64,000 nucleotides of DNA from Scenedesmus sp. PABB004 (lineage: Eukaryota). The stretch lies in the NCBI GenBank assembly GCA_014905635.1, contig JABVCE010000025.1, positions 62,001-126,000 of the forward strand. Reading direction: 5' to 3'. This document shows, piece by piece, positions 13,190-25,100 of this stretch. The notes beneath the pieces are model-generated. The model searched no databases. It was not told the DNA's origin and saw only the letters and a program-made list of their open reading frames with translations. Numbering within the stretch: the first letter of the stretch is position 1; every line of letters begins with the position of its first letter. The position numbers were made by a program, and so were the translations under genes.

Positions 13190-14672
13190 TCAGCCGCGCG
13201 CCGCGGCGGCCTCGTCGCCGCCGCCGCTGCCGGCGAGGTTGTCCTGGCTGCCCCAGCGCTTGTGGCGCGCGAGGCAGTCGGCGAGGGCCAGGCTGTTGAG
13301 CTCGCTTGCCACTAGGCTCGCGCTGAGCTCCAGCGCGCCGGCGGCGCCGGCCGCCGAGGTCGCGGTGATCTGTATGGACGCGGACGCGGCCTTGCCGCCG
13401 CCCGCTGCAGCCTCGGCCGGCGCCGGCGCCGGCGCGCGCAGCGCGGGGTGGCACGACACAAAGCCCTGGATGCCGCGCGCGTTGCCTGCGGCGCGGCGCG
13501 GCGTGCGTCGTGCAGCGCGCGGCGCGCGGGCGTCGGCTGCCGGACGCCGACTGCGGGCGCGGCGCGGCCGAGCCGCCCGCGCGCCGAGCCGCCTGCCTGC
13601 GCGCGCGCTGCGCGCGCCCCGCCCACCGCCCACCGCCCACCGCCCGCCGCCCACCGCCCGCCGCCCGCCGCCCACCGTCGTCGCTGGAGATAGGCCCCGC
13701 GAGCTTGTGGAGGTGGCCGTCGGCGACGTCGTAGATGGTGCCGTAGAGGTGCAGCTCCTGCCCCTCCGCCCACGCGCCCGCGACGACGGGGCTCGTCGCG
13801 ACGTGGAAGAGCTGGCGCAGCACGTTGAGCTCGCACAGGCGCGCAAGCTGCGCGTCGGGGTCGAGCCCGCGCAGCTCGGCCTCGGCCTGGTTGCGGCACT
13901 CGCGGATGTCGCTGATCCAGCAGTTGACGAGGCTCTGCGTCGCGTGCGGGAGCTGCAGCGCCGCCTTGACCGCGCCGCAGTTGTAGTGCCCGCACACGAT
14001 CACCGACTTGACCTGCGCGGCAGGGGTCGAGGTCGAGCCGGCGCGCGCGCGCGCGTGTGGGCGGGCGGGCCGGCGCGCATGCTGCTCGTGCGAAGCGCCG
14101 CGCCGCGCCGCGTGCCCTGCTGGGCGCGTGGCACGCGCCTTGAGCGCCTTGACCGCGTACTCCAGGCACGACATCACGTTCATGTCGCGGTGCATCGCCT
14201 GGTTGCCGACGTTGCGCTGCACGAACACCTCGCCGGGCGCGAGGCCGACGATTTGGTTGGCGGGCACGCGCGAGTCGCTGCAGCCGATCCACAGGTGCTC
14301 CGGCGACTGCTGGCTCGCCAGGCGGGCGAAGAAGTCTGGGTCCTCCTGGAGCATGCGGGCCGCCCACGCGCTGGGCACATCCGCGGCGGCGGCGGCGGCG
14401 GCGGCGGCCGCGCAAGCGCGTGGTGTGACGGGGCGCAGCTGCCAGCGCGGCCGCCGCGGCGCCCCAGCTCCGCACAGCGCGTGGGTGTGAAGCGGGCGCA
14501 GCTTCCAGCCCGTCTAGCGCGGCTGCCGAGCCCCACGCAGCCGCAGCCGCTGCCGCCAGCTCGGGGAAGCTGGCCAAGCCTCCGACGCCAGCCCGCACCG
14601 GTTCGCGGCCAGCAAGTCGGCCATGCCGTCGCTATGGCCGCCGCCGTGGCCGGCGCAGCAGGTCTGCGACAT
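13190..14672 (-). CDS. Beta-type carbonic anhydrase with low-complexity C-terminal extension
   Basis: Zn ligands in WIGCSDSRVP and VCGHYNCGAV; GEVFVQRNVGN and LCELNV. Introns 14598-14371, 14138-14013 (GC-AG), 13675-13486. Confidence 0.93.
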
Positions 14673-15497
14673 GCTGTACGCAAAAGGCGAAAACTCCCGC
14701 GCGCGCCGCTGCTGCAGTTGGCGCCGCCGCTGCCGTGGGCGCGACCCGAGCGTGTACTCGCCCGCCTGTTGAAGACTCTAAGTGCGAGGGGAGCGCTGAC
14801 GGCGCGGGCGGAGCAGAGAAGAGCAGCGGGCGGAGCGGCGGTTTCGGCGGTGACGGCTGTCGCCGCGTCTCTCCCCCCGCGATAGCGCAGGCGCACATCA
14901 CACGAAAAATAGCTCACAGCCGCCATAAACACCCCGGGCTGACCCCCTGCGTGACCGCCCCGGCTGACACCACCCGGTTCGCTGGTGGCATGCAGCGCCA
15001 TGTTTGCCCCCAAAACCGCCTCGGTCTGATATGCCGTGCAACGATGATAATCATTCACCCAGCGTTCAGCAGCAAGAAAAAGCCATGAAGCCACGCAAGC
15101 GGCCCAGGCCAGGGTCTCGCATCCCGACGCGGCCGCCGCGGCAGCCTGATGCGAAGCAAGTGCAGGTTAGCGAGTGATCGCAGTGCCACCGCTGTGCAGT
15201 GCGGCACGCAAGCCGGGAGCATGGCCTTCCCGCGGCGCCGCCGGCGGCATGCGCGTGGCGAGGCGTGTCGATGCTAAACAGCAGCGCAGGGGCTGACAGA
15301 TCTGCCACCTGAGGTTGATTGAGGCGCCTGGCACGGGCAGGCCAGGTCTGGCGCGGTCTGGCGCCGCGTCAGCCCGGCCCCGGCAGTGCACCACCACCCA
15401 TGCACAAGGCGGCATGCAATGAAAGAAAAACCGGCAAAGCAAGCGCTGCTCAGAGCTTGATGATGGCAGTGCCGCCGCTGCGCAGAGCGGCACGCGC

Positions 15498-16867
15498 TCA
15501 CGCCGGCGGCGGCGCGTCGCCTGCGAGCGCGCCGAGCAGCATCCAGAGGCCGACGCAGAGCAGGAGCAGCTGGTAGGTGAGCGCGTAGGCGTTGAGCGAA
15601 TACTCGAGCGGGTGGTCCTGCAGCTCCAGCGCCGCCGGCCCCGCCCCGCCCGGCGCCGCCGGCGCGGCCGCGGCCGCGGCGGACGACGACGAGGCCGCCG
15701 CCGACGCCGCCGCCGCCGCCGCCGCCTCGCGCTCCTCCACCTCGCGCTCCAGCGCCGCCAGGCTGCCGGCGTCCTCCGCGTGCTCGCCCCAGCAGCCGCG
15801 CAGGAAGCGGCGGCGCTCCGCGCAGTCGTAGCCGACCGCCACGACGCAGGGCAGCACCACGCCCAGCGTGACCTGAAGAAACGTGACCGTCTGCATGCAC
15901 GCCGCCGCTGGCGGCGGCGGCGCCGGCGCCGGCGGCGCCCCCGCGGCCGGCTGCACGGCGAGCAGGAGCACCTTGCCCAGCAGCGAGGCCGCCGCGTCGA
16001 GACCCGCCCAGACCCGCACCAGGCGGCCGACGTGCGGCGCGTGCGCGAGCATCAGCGGGCACACCGCTGTCTCGTTCAGGCCAAAGACATATAAGCCCGC
16101 GCAAAGGCTCTGCACGACTGCGTTCAGAGTCAGCGACGTCGTGACGGTGAAGACGTGCAGCCAGTTGAGCGCGACGACGCCGCTCAGGAAGGTCAGCAGC
16201 TTGACAAAGCAGGAGAGCGAGCCGCTGTACGGGGCCGCCCAGCGCACGAGCCCCAGGTAGCAGCTCACGTGGCAGCTCACGCGGCACACCGAGACGAGCA
16301 CGTCGCTGCCAAGGACGGCGGCGGCGGCGGCGGCGTTCAGCGGCGGCGGCAGGACGGCGGCAAGCGCGCGCGGGGGAGCCGCCCGGCACGCTGCGCAGCG
16401 CGCTCACCGGCGCTCGGCGTAGGCCCGCTCGGGCGCGCAGAGCAGCGCGCCCGCGTGCGCCGCGAGCGTGATCGCGTAGAGCACCGCCGCGGGGCCGCCC
16501 TTGCCGCTGAGGAGCATGATGGTGTTGAAGGCCTGCGCGTTGCGACATGGGCCGTGGGCCGCCGCGCGGCCGCGGCGCGCACAGCAGCAGGCTTGCCGGG
16601 TGGACGCACCGCGCTCATCGCCCACGCGTAGCGCAGGCACGAGAGGTCGTGCGCTCTGAGGAGCTTCTTGCGGTGCGCGCGATACGCCCGCTCGAGCTCG
16701 CCGCAGCGAAACGCCATCGTGCGGGGCGCCGCCACTTGTCCCCCCTGCTGCTCGGGCGCCCCGGCTCCGCCGCCGGGGGGCTCTGCCGCCGGCGTCACCG
16801 CTCGGGCCAATTGCTCGGGCGTCACCGCTGCCGCCGCTGCTCCGCCGCCGCCGCACTCCTCCGCGCT
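15498..16867 (-). CDS. Hypothetical multi-pass membrane protein (5' end uncertain, possibly ATG 17019)
   Basis: Several hydrophobic helices, e.g. FVKLLTFLSGVVALNWL, FLQVTLGVVLPCVVAVGY and YQLLLLCVGLWMLLG. Frame-consistent GT-AG introns 16609-16533 and 16407-16306. Confidence 0.6.
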
Positions 16868-17454
16868 CTGCGGCGCGCGCGGCGCGCGGGGGTGATCACG
16901 TGTTGGGTTAACGTGCAGCTCGCGGGGCGGGGGGCCGGCGCGACACCAGGCGCCGCCGCGATGGCGGGCGCCCGCTCCCGGCCCCAGCCCGCCGGGCGGC
17001 GCAGCCCCTGCTCTGACATCCCCGGCATCCTTCCCCGACACCGCGACGCGCACCTGATTGCCCGCGGCGCGCCTGCACAGCGAGCTCCAAACCGATGGCA
17101 GGGCGGCGCGCGGCCTGCCGCCCGGCAGGGCCGTCCGCCTCTCAAGCCATGCGCGCCATGGACACCACGGCCGTACGACACGGCGGCGACGCGTGTCGAG
17201 AGAACGCTGGCAATGGACTGGGCACCTGCCGTCGCTGCTGTCGCTGCTGCCGGCCGCTGGCGGCGGGGTAAAGAGAACCCCCGTTCGTTGCCCCAAGCAG
17301 AGAGTTGGCACGGCACAGGGGCAAGCCCCGGCTTTGTGCGGCCAGCCGCACTAACGCGCACGGTCATCACGCCGGGCTGTTGCCGCCGCGCCGTTGCCTG
17401 CACAGCAAGCGCGCGCCGCCCTCGAGCGACAGCTCCTCGTCCAACCCGGAAAGC

Positions 17455-18152
17455 TCACACCCGCGCCTTCTTCGCCGCCGGGCTGCCGCCGGCGTCCGGT
17501 GACGCGCCGTCCGCCGCCGCGCCAGGCTGCGGCTGCTCGCGCCCCGCAAACGCGACCGCCGCGGGCATGCGGAAGGTCACGCACAGCATGAGCTTGTTCG
17601 GCGCGACGTCGCGCACGGCGTGGATGTGCGGCGGCGCCTCGAGCGGCCCGCCCAGCGCCGCCTCGACGCGCGCCGCGACGTCTGCGCCGCGGCCGGGCGC
17701 GGCGCGCCGCGCTGAGCCGCCGCCGCGGGCGCGGGCCCGACGCCCCCCCCCCCCCCCCCTCCCCCGCCGCGCACCCCGCACGAGGCGCTGCTGCGCTCAC
17801 CCGCCTCGGTCTCGTTCTTCATAAACGTGTAGACGTGCACCAGCGGCAGCCGCCCCCGCCAGGTCGCGGGGTCAAACGCGCCGCGAAAGGCGTCCAGGAA
17901 CTCGACCGCCGAGGCCGGCAGGTTCATGACCGCGTGCTGGAACGGCACGCCGCCCGGCGGCGGCCGCCAGCCCGGCGGCGCCGGCGGCGGCACCGCCGCG
18001 ACGAGCTTGCTGCGCGGCACCTGCGCCGGCCGGCGCGGCGGCGGCTGCTGCGGCTGCTGCGGCTGCGCCTGCGCCTGCGGCTGCGCCTGCTGCGGGGCAT
18101 CTGACTGCGCCTGCTGCTGCGCCTGCTGCTGCGCCTGCTCCTGCTCCTGCAC

Positions 18153-18234
<82 letters not shown>

Positions 18235-18247
18235 GGGGCCGCTGCCG

Positions 18248-18279
<32 letters not shown>

Positions 18280-18929
18280 GCGTCCGGCGCCGCGTCGTCC
18301 GCCGGCGGCAGCTGCTCGACCGGCCCGCCCGGCGTCGCGAGCAGCAGGCGCACAAACGCGCGGCCGTCCATGTTGAACGGCAGGACCTGCCCGCCCACGC
18401 GGTTCAGCGACACGTTGAGCGCCAGGTACTTGGCGCTTGCGGGGTTCAGGTCGTTTGCAAACACCTGCCGGCGCGGCGCGGCGCGGCCGCCGCGGTCGGC
18501 CGGGCGCACGCGCAGGCGCACGCGCACACGCACACGCGCCGCGCCGCGCCGCGCCGCGCGCGCACCTTGCAGCCGCGCTTGCCCGCGGGCACGGCGAAGG
18601 GCCCGATGCCCGCCATGATGTCGGCGACGACCTCGCCCGGCGCAAAGCTCTCCACCAGGCGCGTGTGCTCCGCCTCGAGCCGCGAGTTCCAGTACACCTG
18701 CGCGCCGCGGCGGCGGCGCGCCGGCGGTCGGCGCGCCCGCGCCGCGCGCGCCGGCGGCGCCGCGCCGCGCCGCGCCGCGGCCCCGGCTCGCTGCCGCGCG
18801 CGCCTGCGAGAAGTCGAGCCTGAAGCGCAGGCCGTGCTGGGCGACCTCGGTCTCGAACGAGGCCGGCCCCGCGAGCACCTCCATGTCAAACACGCGGTAC
18901 TCATTCTCAATGCTCCCCAGCTGACGCAG

Positions 18930-18968
<39 letters not shown>

Positions 18969-19942
18969 GTGCGGAAGATGACGCGTTGGCGGCGGCGGCG
19001 GGCGCACACGCGGCAGGCGAGGGCGGCGCTGGCGGGGTGCGGCGGTCACCTTGTTGACGACGGTCTTGATGGTTGGGTTCTTGTCCAGCAGCACCTGGCC
19101 GATGAGGGCCTTGTAGGGCAGGTGCTCGGGGCGGAGGTTGAGGTGCGCGATGTGCCCGACAGACTCGAAGCTCGACGGCACGTCCACGCCCTCCGGCAGC
19201 AGGCGCTGCGCGCGCCGGCGGCGCGCGTCGCGCTGCCGCGCAAGCGCCGGGCGCGGCGCGGCGCCGCCACGCTGCCGCAGGGGGCGGCGGCCGTGCCGCC
19301 GCGGGCGGCGGGCGGCGCGCGCGCACCCGCAGGACGGCGTCGGCGCCAAAGTGCGTGTAATCCAGCGCGACGTCGTGGCTCACCACCTCGCACCCCGGCG
19401 TCGCCGCGACCGCGTCCGCGAGCTCGGGCGCAAACGCTGCGCGCGGGGGCGGCGTCAGCGCTGCGTGCGCGCCGGCGGGGGGCTCTGCCGACGCGCACAC
19501 GGGCGCGGCCGCCGGCGGCGTGCCGCACCCGCGGGGTCGACGTCCTGCTTCAGCAGCAGCAGGCGCACGTCGGTGCGGTCGCCGTCGTGCACCACACACT
19601 TGGTGCGGGGAAGGTCAAAGGTGAAGCTGCGCGCGAGCGCGGTGGGGCCGGCGCGGTGAGGCGGCGCGGCAGCTGCGGCAGCGGGGCGCCGCAGCCGCCG
19701 GTGCCGCCGGCGCGCGCGCGGCCGCCGCGGCAGCCCCGCGCCGCAGCCTCCGCCAGCGGGAGACCGCTGCTCGAGCGTCAGTCGGGCCCGCACCCGCGCA
19801 GGCGGCGCATGAGGTCGTTGCAGGCCCGCGCCGGCACGCGCAGCGCCGAGACCTTGATGACCTGTCTGAACGCGCCCCTGTCCAGGGCCGCCGGCGGCTG
19901 GCTGCTGGCCATCGCGCACAGCGCCCGCCGCGCGGCCAGCAT
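17455..19942 (-). CDS. TRM5: tRNA (guanine37-N1)-methyltransferase Trm5
   Basis: [50 protein letters not shown] and [12 protein letters not shown]. Introns 19793-19627, 19528-19437, 19326-19206, 19049-18921, 18803-18698 (GC-AG), 18565-18465, 17800-17682. Confidence 0.93.
18154..18234 (-). repeat. (CAG)n tract encoding about 26 Gln inside TRM5
   Basis: Uninterrupted ctg repeat on the + strand within the large TRM5 exon. Confidence 0.95.
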
Positions 19943-20250
19943 CCACGGGCGGACCGCCGGCCCGGCAGCAGCAGCGGCAGCAGCGGCGGCGGCGGCGGCG
20001 GCGGCTGTCCGCGCCGCGCTGCTGTCAGCGCCACTGGCCAGAGACGAGGCGGCGCGCGGGGGCGAGAGCGATGCAGGTGGCCCAAGACCTCAAAAGCGCG
20101 GCGTGACGCTGCTGCTGTTGGCGCAGCGCGCCCGCCACGGCGCCGCCACAACCTCCGCCGCCGCCACCACGCCCCCACCGCCGCCGCCAGGTCGAGTCCC
20201 CACCCAGCACCGCACCTGCACCTGCAGCGGAGCAGCGGCGCGCGCCGTCG

Positions 20251-21801
20251 ATGGCGGCGGCAGGCGCGCCGCCGGCGGTCTCGATCTCCTGCCGCGCCAT
20301 CACCATCGCCGGGGAGGGCGCCGACGCGGCGGCGCCGACGCAGCAGCTCTTCCTGCTGGTGCACTGGCACGAGGCCGCGCGGCGCTTTGACGTCTCCCTC
20401 ACCGACGGCGGCGGCGCTGTGTGGGCGGCAAACGGTGCGCGGCGGGGCACGCTGCCGCGCGCGCGGCGGCGGCGGCCGTGGGCCGCGGCCCTGAGCGCGC
20501 CGCGCGCCGCAGGCTGCACGACGGTCGCGTCGGCGGGCGTGGACGCGGATGAGGCATGGCGGCGCGCGCGTGCGGCGCTGTCGGCGCCGCACGCCGCGCC
20601 CGGCGACGAGTACGCGTACCGCACCCTGGTGCCGGGGGGGCAGCCCGACGCGCTGCAGCTGCGCTGGAGCTGGGCCACGGGCGTGGGGCTGCTGCGCGAG
20701 GTGATGCGCACCGAGCCGGCGCTGCAGCTGCTGCCGGCGGGCGAGGCGGCGGCGGCGGTGCGCAGCATGCTGGCACACCTCGTGGCCAGCCACGGCGCGG
20801 TGGAGGTGCGCCGCGGCGCGCCGCGGCGCGGCGGCGCCGCCGCCCGAGCAGGCGAGGCCGCCCGACGCTCGTGCGCGCCGCCGCCGCCGCCGCCGCCGGC
20901 CGCAGGCCGCGCTCGCGGAGAGCCGCGCCGCGCAGCGCGCGCTCGAGGCGTCGCTGGCGGAGAAGGAGGGCCTGCTGCGGCAGCACGCAGCGGCGCGGCA
21001 GGAGGAGGAGCGGCAGCTCTTCACCAAGGCACGCCGCGGGGGCGGCGGTGGCGGCGCGCGGCGGCGGCGGCGGCGCTCGCGCGCAGGGGCCCAGCGTCCG
21101 ACAGCCGCCGCCGCCGCCGCCGCCGCCGCGTCCGCCGCCGCCGCGTCCGTTGCCTGCAGTTTGCGCTGCTGCTGAACAAAAAGGCGGAGCGCATCGCGGA
21201 GCTCACGCAGCGCCTCACCGACCGCGACGAGGCGCTCGCGCGGCTGCAGGCGTCGGCCGGCGGCGACGGGCACGACACGGACGACGAGGCGCGCCACGCC
21301 GCGTGCGGCGCGGCCGCCGCGTTTGACCCCCGCTACGACTCGGACACGGAGCCCGAGTCGGGCCAGGGCGAGCCGGAGGGGCGGCCGGGGCCGCCAGGCA
21401 GCGCCGTGGCCATGGACGTGGACGGCGCGCCGCCGCGGCCGGCGGCGGCGGCGGGGGAGCCGCCAGGCGGCGCGGCGCACGCGGCCGACGCGCCGCCGGC
21501 GCCGGCGGCGCCAGTGGTGGCGATGCTGGACGCGGACACCCTGCCGCTGAGCGCGGAGCAGCTGCAGGGAGTGCCGGAGCTGCGCCGGCAGCACGACGTG
21601 CGGCAGCAGCAGGCGCCAGAGCCGGAGCAGCAGCAGGCAGCCGCGGCGGCGCCAGCCACGGACGCGGCGCAGGCAGACCCCGCCGCAGCGGCGGCCGCCG
21701 CAGCGGCGGCGGGCGGCCTGGGCTGGCTGGCGGTGGGCGCCGCGGCGCTGCAGCCGTTTGAACAGCACAAGAAGAGCACGGTCAAGCGGCGGACGAGGTG
21801 A
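20251..21801 (+). CDS. XRCC4: XRCC4-like non-homologous end-joining protein
   Basis: Beta-rich head (FDVSLTDG...VW, LQLRWSW), coiled coil, ligase-IV-binding-like LFTK|FALLLNKKAERIAEL, acidic YDSDTE and basic C-terminal KKSTVKRRTR. Introns 20435-20512, 20806-20905, 21029-21159 (GC-AG). Confidence 0.75.
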   Translation: MAAAGAPPAVSISCRAITIAGEGADAAAPTQQLFLLVHWHEAARRFDVSLTDGGGAVWAANGARRGTLPRARRRRPWAAALSAPRAAGCTTVASAGVDADEAWRRARAALSAPHAAPGDEYAYRTLVPGGQPDALQLRWSWATGVGLLREVMRTEPALQLLPAGEAAAAVRSMLAHLVASHGAVEVRRGAPRRGGAAARAGEAARRSCAPPPPPPPAAGRARGEPRRAARARGVAGGEGGPAAAARSGAAGGGAAALHQGTPRGRRWRRAAAAAALARRGPASDSRRRRRRRRVRRRRVRCLQFALLLNKKAERIAELTQRLTDRDEALARLQASAGGDGHDTDDEARHAACGAAAAFDPRYDSDTEPESGQGEPEGRPGPPGSAVAMDVDGAPPRPAAAAGEPPGGAAHAADAPPAPAAPVVAMLDADTLPLSAEQLQGVPELRRQHDVRQQQAPEPEQQQAAAAAPATDAAQADPAAAAAAAAAAGGLGWLAVGAAALQPFEQHKKSTVKRRTR

Positions 21802-22188
21802 GGGCGCGGCCGACGCGCCCCAGCCCCCCCCCCTTTCCCCCGTGCTTGGGCGGCGGCGCCGCTGCGACATGCGGCCGCGGCAGGTGCCCCCCAGGAGGTT
21901 ACCCCTCGTTGCCACGCGCGCGCGCGCCGGCCTGCTCCACGTTGCAGCAGCAGCGCCAGCAACACCAGCCGGCCCGAGCGACGCCGGGGGCGCGCCAGGC
22001 AAAAGGGCCACGGTCCTGCACACCGGTCCTGGGCACTGCCCTTCACTGTCGCGGCGCGCGAGAGTGCGTATTCACAGTCCTTGTGTGCGCGCCGGCCCCG
22101 GCAGCACGCCGCCCCGTCGCCGCCCGTCCCTGCCCCCCGCCCTGCCCGCCCTCCGACCCCCCCCCTGCCCTCGCGCAGCGGCAGCGGC

Positions 22189-25100
22189 TCAGGCCCGGCT
22201 GCTCGCGCGCCGCGTCCCGCGGCGCCCCGGCGTGGCGGTGCCGCCCGAGGTGCCCGCATCGTCCGCAGCCTCGGCCGCGCCCGCCGCCGGCGGAGCGGCG
22301 GCGCGCCGCGGCGCTGGGCGCCGGCTGCCGCCGGCCGCGCGCGCGCGCGGGGGCCTCCTCGTCCGACAGCAGCCCAGCGGCGGCGTCGTCCTCCGCCGCC
22401 ACCTCCACGGGCGCAGGCACGTCCTCCGGCAGCGCGCTCAGCCGGCCTGCGCGGCGGGCGCGGCGGGCGCGGGAGGGGCCCGTGAGCTCGCCCGCGCGTG
22501 CGCACAGCGCCGCAGCGGCGCCTCCCCTGCGCCCCCCGGCGCTCACCCATGCGCGGCGTCGGCGCCGCGCGGCGACCGCGCCCGGTGCTGCGCGGCGCGG
22601 TGTTGGCCTCCTCGCCCTCGCTCTCGCCGCCGGCCGCCTCCGCGCCAGAGACGCGCGCGCCGCGGCGGCGGGCCGCGCCGCCGCTGCTGCGCGCGCCGCG
22701 CGGCGTGCGCGCGCCGCCGGAGGGGCCCGCCTCGCCGTCTGCCGCCGCGGCGGCGGCCGCCGCCGCGCGGGTCTTGGGCGCCGGGGGCTGCGCGGGGCGG
22801 GCGACCGTGAGGCGGTGCGGCGCCGCGCCGCGAGCGCCCCGTGCCGCCGCGCCGCGCCGCGCCGTCCCCCTGCGCCGCCGGCCCACCTTGCTCTTTGGCG
22901 TCATGATGCGCCCCAGGCCCGCCGCCGCCGCCGCGGCCGTGGCCGCGGCCGCGAGCGCGGGCGCGCCGCGCGCGGCGCGGCGCGGCGCGGGGCCCTCCCA
23001 CTCCTCGTCCGTGAGCAGCGGGCCGCCCGCGGCCTCGGCGGCGCGCGCCGCCGCGCGCGCCGCGTCGGCCTCGGCGTCCTCGGCCGCCTCGGCCTCCGCG
23101 GCCGCGGTCGCGGCGTCGCCGGCCACCGCGCCCGCGGCCGCGCGCGCGGCCAGGGCCTTGATGGCCTCCAGGTTGAGCGCCAGCGCCGCGGCGGCGCCCG
23201 CCGCCAGCAGCGCGGCGGCGACGGCCAGCTGCGGCGCGGCGCGCGGGCGGCGTCGGGCGCGGGCTCAGGGCGCGGCCGGCATGGAGCGGCGGCGGCGGCG
23301 CGGCCGCGCCCGCCCAGCCGCCGCGGCGACGCCCGCCTGCTCACCACGGGCAGCGCCGTCCACGCGCGGGCGGGCGCCGGCTGGCTCTCCAGCGGGGGCA
23401 GCGCCTGCTTGGCGCCCTCGGCCGCCGCCACCGTGTGCTCATCGGCCAGGGAGACCGCCGCCTCCTCGGCGACCAGCTCCGCCTCGTGCACCGGCGCGGC
23501 CATGGCAGGGGCGGGCTCGGGCACGACCGCCTCCACCGGCGGCTCGGGCGCGGCCGCAGCGGCCGCCTCAGCCGCAGCAGCCGCCTCGGCCGCAGCGGCC
23601 GCCTCGGCCGCAGCGGCCGCCTCGGCCGCAGCGGCCGCCTCGGCCGCAGCGGCCGCCTCGGCCGCCGCCGCCGCCTCGGCCGCCGCCGCCGCCTCGGCCG
23701 CAGCCGCCGCCTCGGCCGCAGCCGCCGCCTCGGCCGCAGCCGCCGCCTCGGCCGCAGCCGCCGCCTCGGCCGCAGCCGCCGCCTCGGCCACTGCGGCCGC
23801 CTCGGCCGCCGCGGCCGCCTCCGCCGCCAGCTTGGCCGCGGCCTGCTGCTCCTCCAGCAGCCGCGCCGCGACGGCCGGCGGCACGAGGTGCGCCGGCACG
23901 CCGCCAAACAGCTGCGCCGCGTGCTCCAGCGGCATCGCCGCGAGCTGCGCGTCGCTGAGCCGCGCCGACCACGCGCGCACGAGGTCGGCCTGGCTCACGC
24001 CGCGCGGCAGCGTGCGCCGGACGATGATGTTGTATGCGTCCTCCAGGTACCACCGCGCGCGCATGGCGGCCAGCCGCCACGCCGGCGGCGGCCGCGCCGC
24101 GGCGGCCCACGCCGCGGCGTGCGCGTCGGCGCACGCCGCCGTGCTGCTGGCCGTGCACGCGGTGCCGGGCGGGCCGAGGCTTGCCGGCAGCAGCTCGACT
24201 GCGACAAAGGCCGCCGCGACGATGCCGACGCCCGCGAGCAGCCAGAGCAGGCCCGCGGCCGAGCGGCGCGCCCAGCCGCGCTTGGCGGGGGGCAGCGCAA
24301 ACTGGGGCGCCAGCGCGTCGGCGTCTGCGCACGGGCGGGCGGGGGTGGCGGGGTCAGTGTGGGCGAGGGCCGCGCAGGTCGCCGCGGACGCCGGCGCAGG
24401 TCGCCCAGGTCGCCGCGGGCGCGCGCCGCACCCAGGCCCGCGTCCTCGAGCAGCCGGCGGCGCGCAAAGGAGCGCTTGGTGGCGCTGTCCTGCATCGACT
24501 CCAGCAGCTTGGGCAGCGGCTGGGGGCTGCCGGGCAGCGGGCTGCCGGGCAGCAGCCCGATCTCGGCGGAGGCGTCGCCCGGCGCCGGCGACTCGCCGCC
24601 GGCGGCGTCTGCGCAGCGGCGCGCGCGCGGGCGCGGCGGTCAGCGCGCGCGTCCGGGGAGCGCCCCCCGCCCGGCGGCGCGCGCGCGTGCGGGAGCGGTC
24701 GCCCGGTCGCCGCCGCGGCGCGCCTGAGAAGTCGAGCTGCTTGCGGCTCGTCGCCGGCGTGGGCGGCGCCGCGGACATGGCCGGGCACTGGCTGCCGATG
24801 GAGACGACGCTCGTGCGGCTGTCGGTCGGCGACGGCTGCGCGGGGCTCGCGACCTGGCGAGCGGGCCGGGCGCGCGCGGGCAGGGCAGCACACGGGCGTG
24901 AGCGGCGCCACCACGCCCCCGCGCGGTGCCGCCGCCGCCGCGCGGTGCGCCCGCGTGGCCGCACCTGCTTGGGCGACGCGACGTCCAGCGCGGGCGACCC
25001 CGCCGCGGGCGCCTTGCCCTCAAACGCGACGCTCGCGGGGCTGCCAAAGGTGGCGGGGCTCGCGCCGACCGGCGCGACGACGAGCAGCGGCGAGGCGAGC

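Noticed and set aside
17926..18618. Poly-Cys and poly-Leu ORFs that look like metallothioneins or signal peptides
   Set aside because: Antisense readings of CAG polyglutamine tracts.
23555..23825. Regular repeat array resembling CRISPR
   Set aside because: No unique spacers or cas genes. It is an in-frame coding minisatellite.
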